DNA from: Candidatus Calditenuis fumarioli
GTDB taxonomy: Archaea > Thermoproteota > Nitrososphaeria_A > Caldarchaeales > Calditenuaceae
DNA length: 64,000 nucleotides
Direction: 5' to 3'
Assembly (NCBI GenBank): GCA_030059665.1
Contig: JANVYR010000001.1
Span: forward strand, 192,001 to 256,000
The notes under the pieces are model-generated. The model saw nothing but the letters and a program-made list of their open reading frames with translations. It was not told the origin of the DNA and made no database searches. The position numbers and the translations under genes are program-made. Position 1 is the stretch's first letter. Every line of letters begins with the position of its first letter. Shown one piece after another: positions 58,128-64,000 of the stretch.

Positions 58128-59524
58128 GCGGGCCCGAGAGGGTCCTGATCAGGGCAAGGGCGGTCATCCCGATGGACAGGAAGGGCAGGGTCATCAGGGA
58201 CGGTGCGGTGCTGATTGAGGACGGCGCCATATCGTCGGTGGGCACGAAGGACGCTGTACGGGAGCCCCACGCGAAGGACGACCTGGTGATCGACGAGCCG
58301 TACGGCCTTGTTATCCCCGGGTTGATAGACATTCACGTCCACCTCGCTCAGGCGCTGATAAGGGGCGTCGTCCCCGACGACGTGACGCTGCTCTCCTGGC
58401 TGAGGGACTGGGTCTGGAGGCTCCAGGGCGTCTACGACGCTGAGGACGGAAGGGCCAGCGCGGAGCTCTGCGTGCTCGAGATGCTCAAAACCGGCACCAC
58501 CTGCTTCCTCGAGGCGGGCCTCCACAGGAGGTACGGCCTTGACGGGGTCGCCGAGGCCGTCACGAGGTCAGGCATCAGGGCCTTCCTCTCCAAGAAGGTG
58601 ATGGACCTGAGAGGTTACGCCACGGTCGAGAACGCCCTGCCCGAGGGGATGATCGAGGACGGTGAGCAGTGCCTGCGAGACTTCCTCGAGATGAGGAAGA
58701 GGTGGGCCGGTGCTGGCGACGGCAGGATCGACGTCTGGATAGGTCTCAGGACGCCAGGAGCGGTCTCGGACGAGATGTTCGCGAGGGCCGCGCAGCTGGC
58801 CGACGAGCTCGGTGCGGGGGTCACGATGCACCTCGCTGAGGTGGAGGAGGACCTCAGGTACTTCGCCTCTCGGGGGCACACGCCTTCCAGCTTCCTCAGG
58901 GGCTTCGGCCTCCTCGGCAGGAAGAGGGTCTACGCCCACTGCGTCTGGCTCGGCGATCGGGACATCGAGGCCTTCGCCTCCACGGGCACCTCCGTTGCCC
59001 ACTGCCCCTCGTCGAACCTCAAGCTCGGATCCGGTGTGGCGCCGGTGGTCGCGATGAGGAGGAAGGGCGTGACGGTCGGTCTCGGGTGCGACGGCGGTCC
59101 CAGCAACGACGCCTACGACATGGTCCGGGAGATGAAGACGGCCGCGCTGCTCCAGAAGGTCTTCCACGGCCCCTCTTCGATGACCTGCTGGGACGTCCTC
59201 GAGATGGCCACCGTGATGGGCGCCAGGGCTCTGGGGATCGAGGAGAGGGTCGGTAGCCTCGAGGTCGGCAAGCGGGCAGACGTCGTCGTCCTCAGGCTCG
59301 CCCACCCCTCAGTCAGGCCCTTCACCGATCCGGCATCTCTCGCTGTCTACTCCGCCACCGGCAGGGACGTGGTCCACGTGCTGGTGGACGGAAGACCCGT
59401 CGTCCTCGATGGCCGTGTGCTGACCATGGACGAGGAGAGGGTTCTGAGGAACGCGGAGGAAAGGCTTGAGGCCGTGCTCCGGAAGTTCGGCCCCGAACGT
59501 CCCGCAGCTCCCCGAGACCCCTGA
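58124..59524 (+). CDS. Metal-dependent amidohydrolase (COG0402, SsnA/MtaD/guanine-deaminase-like)
   Basis: PGLIDIHVH, HLAE, AHCV, HCPSSNLKL, GCDG and GSLEVGKRAD. Confidence 0.9.
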   Translation: MSGPERVLIRARAVIPMDRKGRVIRDGAVLIEDGAISSVGTKDAVREPHAKDDLVIDEPYGLVIPGLIDIHVHLAQALIRGVVPDDVTLLSWLRDWVWRLQGVYDAEDGRASAELCVLEMLKTGTTCFLEAGLHRRYGLDGVAEAVTRSGIRAFLSKKVMDLRGYATVENALPEGMIEDGEQCLRDFLEMRKRWAGAGDGRIDVWIGLRTPGAVSDEMFARAAQLADELGAGVTMHLAEVEEDLRYFASRGHTPSSFLRGFGLLGRKRVYAHCVWLGDRDIEAFASTGTSVAHCPSSNLKLGSGVAPVVAMRRKGVTVGLGCDGGPSNDAYDMVREMKTAALLQKVFHGPSSMTCWDVLEMATVMGARALGIEERVGSLEVGKRADVVVLRLAHPSVRPFTDPASLAVYSATGRDVVHVLVDGRPVVLDGRVLTMDEERVLRNAEERLEAVLRKFGPERPAAPRDP

Positions 59525-59578
59525 ACGCGTTTGGCGATCGGTTAATAAGAAGTGCTCTGGCATGGACGATCCGAGGGC

Positions 59579-60127
59579 ATGTCCGTGCAGACCAAGAGGA
59601 GGAACGTCCTGAGGGCGCTGCTCTCGGTCGCGGTCCTCGCGGTGCTCGCGCCCTTCTCCGGACTGGCCAGGTACTTCTACAGGGAGTCGGCTTCCCAGTC
59701 CCAGCGGCAGAAGATAGCGAACGTCAACGACCTCAAGCCCGGATCCTACGTCTTCTTCTCCTATCCGAGGACCGGAGACCCGAAGATCGACGGCGACCCC
59801 TTCAGGCAGTACATCCTGCTGATGACTCGAGACGGCAAGATAAGGGCCTACAGCAGGGTGTGCGTCCACCTCTGGTGCCTGCCGACATACGCGTCCGACA
59901 GGGGCCTGCTTGTCTGTCCATGCCACGGCTCCATCTACCGCGAGGAGGACGGGGTGGCCATCGCGGGGCCCGCATCGCTCCAGCCCTATCCATACAACGC
60001 GCTACCGATGGTCAAGCTCGAGATAGACGGGAACGGTGACATCTACGCGGTCGGAATCGACGGACGCATCGGCCTCGGCCGCGAGTGGAGGAACAGATCA
60101 CCTGATGAGAACGTGGTGAGGGTGTGA
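59579..60127 (+). CDS. Rieske [2Fe-2S] protein with a twin-arginine-like TM anchor
   Basis: KRRNVL signal; CVHLWC and CPCHGS boxes. Confidence 0.9.
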   Translation: MSVQTKRRNVLRALLSVAVLAVLAPFSGLARYFYRESASQSQRQKIANVNDLKPGSYVFFSYPRTGDPKIDGDPFRQYILLMTRDGKIRAYSRVCVHLWCLPTYASDRGLLVCPCHGSIYREEDGVAIAGPASLQPYPYNALPMVKLEIDGNGDIYAVGIDGRIGLGREWRNRSPDENVVRV

Positions 60128-60128
60128 G

Positions 60129-61457
60129 ATGTCGAAGGAGTACAGGACCTTCAGGGAGGCCATCGATGCCCTGATCAAGTGGACCGTCGAACGCCTTGAG
60201 AGGACGCCCTTCGCCGCGTTCAAGTTCACCTTCCCGAAGCAGTACATCTCGCCCTTCGGGTACCTGGGCACGCTGACGGCCATAGTCTTCCTCATCCTAG
60301 GCGTATCGGGGGCCATCCTGATGTTCTACTACACGCCCTCGATAGACACCGCCTTCGCGAGCGTCAGGGAGATCCAGGAATCAGTGCCGTTCGGGTTCGT
60401 GATGAGGCAGATCCACTACCACGCCTCGAACTTCATGGTCCTCCTGGCGGTCTTCCACCTCTACTACCAGTACTTCTCCGGTCGCTACAAGATCAAGAAC
60501 GAGGTCCTCTGGGTCACGGGGATCATACTGGGGATCCTGACGGTGCTCGAGGCCTACACCGGGTACAACCTGATCCTGAACCAGCGGGCGATGCTGGCCA
60601 TCAACATCGGGATGGGCCTCACCTTCTCAGCTCCGGTTCTGGGGCCCTCCATCGCACCGATCCTGATGGGCGGCGGTTACTTCGACCTGATAGTCCGGTT
60701 CTACGCGCTCCACGTCTTCATAATACCGCTTCTGTTGCTTCTGCTCCTCACGGTCCACATCCCGAGGGCCCTGATCATAGACATGCCGATGATTCTGGGA
60801 GTTATAGGTGCCATCTTCGTGACGGCCGGCATGTTCCCCGCGGAGCTCGGGCTGAGGTTCGACCCGACGAAGGGCTCTGTTGAGGTGCCCGAGTGGTACC
60901 TGACCTCGATCTACGCCTTCCTCAGGACCGGTTCCGAGAGGTTCTGGGCCGGCGCGCTCCTTCCCCTGCTCTTCGCGATCTTCTTCCTGATCGTGCCGTT
61001 CGTGGACAAGTCCAAGAAGCTCTCCTGGAGGGACAGGCCCTTCTTCGCGGCCATGGGCATAGCCTCCATACTGATGATCATCGTCACAACGGTCTGGGGC
61101 TTCTACGTGGACTTCTCCAAGCTCACGGTCTTCGAGCAGCTCTACGTCGAGCCCGTCATCTACTACAGCTCCTTCGGCATCATCACGTTGATCAGCTTCT
61201 TCTTCACCTACAGGTACCTGACGAAGCCTAGGGGGAGGCCCACGCCAGCGAAGCCTCTTGTTCTCTCGCCGAGAGCTGGGACTGCAGGCGTCGTGATCAC
61301 GCTGTTGCTGGTGGTCGCCTTCAGCTGGCTCGCGGTCCTCACGTACCTCGAGAACATGCCGAACATCTCGATGTTCAACATGGGCATGTCGATGATCATG
61401 CTAGGGCTGATGCTGCACATCTACCGTCACACGGCATCCGCTGCCGCCAAGACCTGA
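60129..61457 (+). CDS. petB: Cytochrome b of a Rieske/cytochrome b complex
   Basis: RQIHYH, 'FHLY', YTGY.L, 'FYALHVF...LTVH' heme ligands and the PEWY motif. Confidence 0.9.
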   Translation: MSKEYRTFREAIDALIKWTVERLERTPFAAFKFTFPKQYISPFGYLGTLTAIVFLILGVSGAILMFYYTPSIDTAFASVREIQESVPFGFVMRQIHYHASNFMVLLAVFHLYYQYFSGRYKIKNEVLWVTGIILGILTVLEAYTGYNLILNQRAMLAINIGMGLTFSAPVLGPSIAPILMGGGYFDLIVRFYALHVFIIPLLLLLLLTVHIPRALIIDMPMILGVIGAIFVTAGMFPAELGLRFDPTKGSVEVPEWYLTSIYAFLRTGSERFWAGALLPLLFAIFFLIVPFVDKSKKLSWRDRPFFAAMGIASILMIIVTTVWGFYVDFSKLTVFEQLYVEPVIYYSSFGIITLISFFFTYRYLTKPRGRPTPAKPLVLSPRAGTAGVVITLLLVVAFSWLAVLTYLENMPNISMFNMGMSMIMLGLMLHIYRHTASAAAKT

Positions 61458-61799
61458 CCTCATTGGTCCTTCTGCGATCGGGACGTTTGCCCTAGGAGAG
61501 ACGGACGCAGAGGGTGCTCGCCTATAGAGCGACGCCCAACTGGAACTGCATCACCCGTCACCGCGTGATCTGCCGAGACGGTTGGCGATGAGACGGTGCT
61601 CGCTTGCCACGGTTCTTATGAGAGCCGAGGTCTTACCAGCCGAAGATGGATGTCCTTCGCGGGTGGAAGATGACCTTCGGGAACGGGGGATCAAAGGGGC
61701 GATTGGCGGTATGAGCAAGTCCGTTCGGCTCACTCTGGAGACCTAAGGGCCCGCACGGCGCTGGGTCCTGTCACCGGAGGTGCGGTGGGCTCCCCGGGC

Positions 61800-62447
61800 T
61801 TAGAGCCTGATCAATTCGGCCCTCACTTCCTGACCGGATATCTCGAGGATGGCTGCGTTGCCGGACTTGGCAGGTCCGGCGTTCACAACCGTCGTCTTCC
61901 CCAATTTCGAGACGCTCCGGGCTTCGTGGATGTGGCCGCATGAGACCGCCAGAGGCTCCGACCTCTCGCAGTACTCCCTCACGGTCAGGCTGCCGACGTG
62001 CGCTCCTCCCAGGAAGTCGGCCGAGGTCCCGTGGGGCGGCGTGTGGGACACCAGCAGGTCCACCTTCCCTACCCGGTCCAGGACCTCCCCGATCTGCTGC
62101 TCCGTCAGGTCGATCCAGCTTTTCGGACCCCCAGCGAGCCCTCCACCCACGCCGCCCACCCTCAGACCACCGACGGTCACCGTGCGGCCGTGCAGATTGG
62201 TGACGCCGTCTAGCCCCACGTCGCTCCTCAGCAGCTCCGGAGGGTCGCAGTTCCCCGGGACGTACAACACCTGTATCCCCGAGGAGGAGAGGATCGTGAG
62301 GACGCGACGGACCTCCTCTACCGTGCCGAAGGTGGTCAGGTCTCCAGCGACCACGATGAGCTCAACGCCCTCCCTCCTGGCGAGCTCCGATGCGGCGGAC
62401 GCAGCCCTCATGCTGCCGTGAACGTCGCTTATCTGGAGGACCCTCAT
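61800..62447 (-). CDS. Calcineurin-like metallophosphoesterase (Icc-related)
   Basis: SDVHG, AGD, PGNCD, SHTPP and CGHIHE motifs. Confidence 0.9.
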   Translation of the reverse strand: MRVLQISDVHGSMRAASAASELARREGVELIVVAGDLTTFGTVEEVRRVLTILSSSGIQVLYVPGNCDPPELLRSDVGLDGVTNLHGRTVTVGGLRVGGVGGGLAGGPKSWIDLTEQQIGEVLDRVGKVDLLVSHTPPHGTSADFLGGAHVGSLTVREYCERSEPLAVSCGHIHEARSVSKLGKTTVVNAGPAKSGNAAILEISGQEVRAELIRL

Positions 62448-62479
62448 CCGTCACCGTGCTCAGGAGCCGTTCATTAAGT

Positions 62480-63841
62480 TCATGCGGGCAGTCCGAGTGA
62501 CCGGAGAAGCTGTATGTGCGCGTCGGACCTTACCGGGTAGTAGGCGAAGAACCAGAAGGCTGTGGCTGCCAGCAGGAGCAGAAGGACCGCCCTCTCGAAC
62601 CTGCCCTGCAGGAGGAGACGGACAGCGCCCAGCGCGAGGAAAGGAACGACCTGGTAGAAGTAGAACGGGTAGACCCAGCGGTGGGCCAGGTACGCAAGCG
62701 GGAAGTAGACCAGGTAGTTCAGGCCGAACCAGCAAGCCAGGAGCAGGTCGAGCCTGTGGGGGTCAGCGGAGGGGTCGTCGCCGCGGGCCACCTGCCTCCA
62801 CGCCGAGATGACCCCTCTCACGAGGAAGTACGCCATAACGACCCAGCTCGTCCACCAGAGGGGAGCGGCCATTCCGTAGTAGGCCACGGGTCTGTAGGAG
62901 GTCCCGTCGACGGAGACGGTCACCACGTAGAACCCCATGGGCTGGAAGGTAACGCCCGGAAGGGTCCAGCTCAAGGGCAGATCCACCTTAACTGTGGTTC
63001 CGTCTTGGTTGGCGTGGACGCAGTAGAATGGATTCATGCCTCCGAGGCAGTTGAAGGTCAGCGAGGAGTGGTAGCTGAGGATGAAGTCGAGGTGCGCGAG
63101 CGGCGTGGGGAACGCACCGAGGTACGCGTCGTAGAGAGCCAGTCCAGATACCATGACGGATGCGCTGATGAGCACCAGGAGGTACGCTCCCCTCACCCCA
63201 GCGTAGAGACGCTCCGCCACGTTCGGTCCCCTCGAGGACCTGAGGAGCTCGTAGAGCACTAAAGCTCCGACCCCGAAGACGGCCGAGGCCTTCGTCAGGA
63301 GGGCGAGGCCCATGACCAGCCCGGAGAGCAGGGTCTTCCTCCTGAGGAGGAGGTAGGCGCTGAGGAGGAGGAAGAGGTTCGTTGGCGGGTCGAGGACGCC
63401 TATCGAGCTGAGGTTGAAGGAGGTCACGTCGGCCGCGTAAAGGAAGGCGACCGCGAGCCCGGCCCAGCCTGATCCCAGCAGCAGAGCCGCCAGGCGGTAA
63501 AGGACGTACACGCTGAGGGTGCCGGTGATCACGGAGCTGATCCTCCAGCCATACGGGTTGTCGCCGAGGACGGTCATGCCGAGCTGCATCAGCCACTTCG
63601 ATAGGGGTGGGTGCTCGTTGTTCGCGGGCCTCCCGGCCATCATCTCCCTGACCGCAGGGACGTAGTGCGCCTCATCGAAGACGAAGCTGCACTTCTCCTT
63701 TGCAACCCTGCAGGCCTCGAGGTCCTCCGGCCAGGGCGTTCCGATGATGGTGAGGTGGAGGAGCAGGAAGAAGAGCGTCATCGCGACGGCGATCAGGTGC
63801 GTGTCCGCGGACCTCAGCGTCCCGACTGCCCGTCTGATCAC
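62480..63841 (-). CDS. GT39/PMT-like lipid-phosphate-sugar:protein glycosyltransferase (GT-C)
   Basis: 'FDEAHYV' acidic loop, EHPPLSK, 'GDNPYGWRI', 'LTKAS' and many TM helices. Confidence 0.8.
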   Translation of the reverse strand: MIRRAVGTLRSADTHLIAVAMTLFFLLLHLTIIGTPWPEDLEACRVAKEKCSFVFDEAHYVPAVREMMAGRPANNEHPPLSKWLMQLGMTVLGDNPYGWRISSVITGTLSVYVLYRLAALLLGSGWAGLAVAFLYAADVTSFNLSSIGVLDPPTNLFLLLSAYLLLRRKTLLSGLVMGLALLTKASAVFGVGALVLYELLRSSRGPNVAERLYAGVRGAYLLVLISASVMVSGLALYDAYLGAFPTPLAHLDFILSYHSSLTFNCLGGMNPFYCVHANQDGTTVKVDLPLSWTLPGVTFQPMGFYVVTVSVDGTSYRPVAYYGMAAPLWWTSWVVMAYFLVRGVISAWRQVARGDDPSADPHRLDLLLACWFGLNYLVYFPLAYLAHRWVYPFYFYQVVPFLALGAVRLLLQGRFERAVLLLLLAATAFWFFAYYPVRSDAHIQLLRSLGLPA

Positions 63842-63893
63842 GCGCTTATGCCCGCGTGGCTAGATTTAGGGCGTGCTCGGCACCGGAAGGTGC

Positions 63894-64000
63894 GTGGAGT
63901 GCGAGCTGTACATCGACGGCGCATCGCTCGGCAACCCCGGGCCTGCGGGATACGGGTACGTGATCCGGTGCGAGGACGGCATCCATAAGGCCTCCGGCCA
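63894..64000 (+). CDS. rnhA: Ribonuclease HI-like protein, N-terminal part (runs off the window end)
   Basis: MECELYIDGASLGNPGPAGYGYVI carries the DGAS.GNPG.AG RNase H type 1 signature. Confidence 0.75.
   Translation, partial: MECELYIDGASLGNPGPAGYGYVIRCEDGIHKASG

Noticed and set aside
59865-59885. Rieske box 1 CVHLWC (Trp for the usual Gly) as a novelty
   Set aside because: To my recollection a similar variant occurs in thaumarchaeal Rieske proteins; all ligands are intact.

Overview
GC-rich archaeal chromosomal window. Gene content (Tes tetraether synthase, Rpc34-like protein, arcadin-1-like protein, two-intron tRNA, rpl7ae-rps28e-rpl24e, CoxI+III fusion) points to TACK archaea, most plausibly Aigarchaeota/Caldarchaeales; this assignment is inference. 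Most of the window is housekeeping and energy metabolism: translation factors, GluRS, carAB, pyrH, ndk, ppdK, a heme-copper oxidase, Rieske/cytochrome b, and glycosylation enzymes. There are three accessory or decayed zones. (i) 1-6050: AT-rich glycosyltransferase end, flippase, HEPN-MNT pair, two convergent hydantoinase/oxoprolinase pseudogenes and a ~220-bp inverted-repeat element. (ii) 39460-41690: a probable ThiI remnant, a 280-bp MITE with a 4-bp target duplication, and a very divergent IS110-like protein that lacks the usual catalytic-serine motif, is followed by a folded non-coding segment and is bracketed by a 10-bp direct repeat. (iii) 44195-45117: lower-GC copper chaperone and YHS genes. 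48560-59524 is a candidate purine/N-heterocycle catabolic island: two complete xanthine-dehydrogenase-family trimers, carbamate kinase, a YgeW/ArgF'-like carbamoyltransferase and an amidohydrolase, with related upstream motifs. Also notable are a Mn/Zn-type ABC binding protein fused to its permease and lacking the metal-binding histidines, and a SerK-CysK-aminotransferase cluster. No CRISPR array or rRNA was seen. All calls come from motif recognition by eye; no database searches were run.
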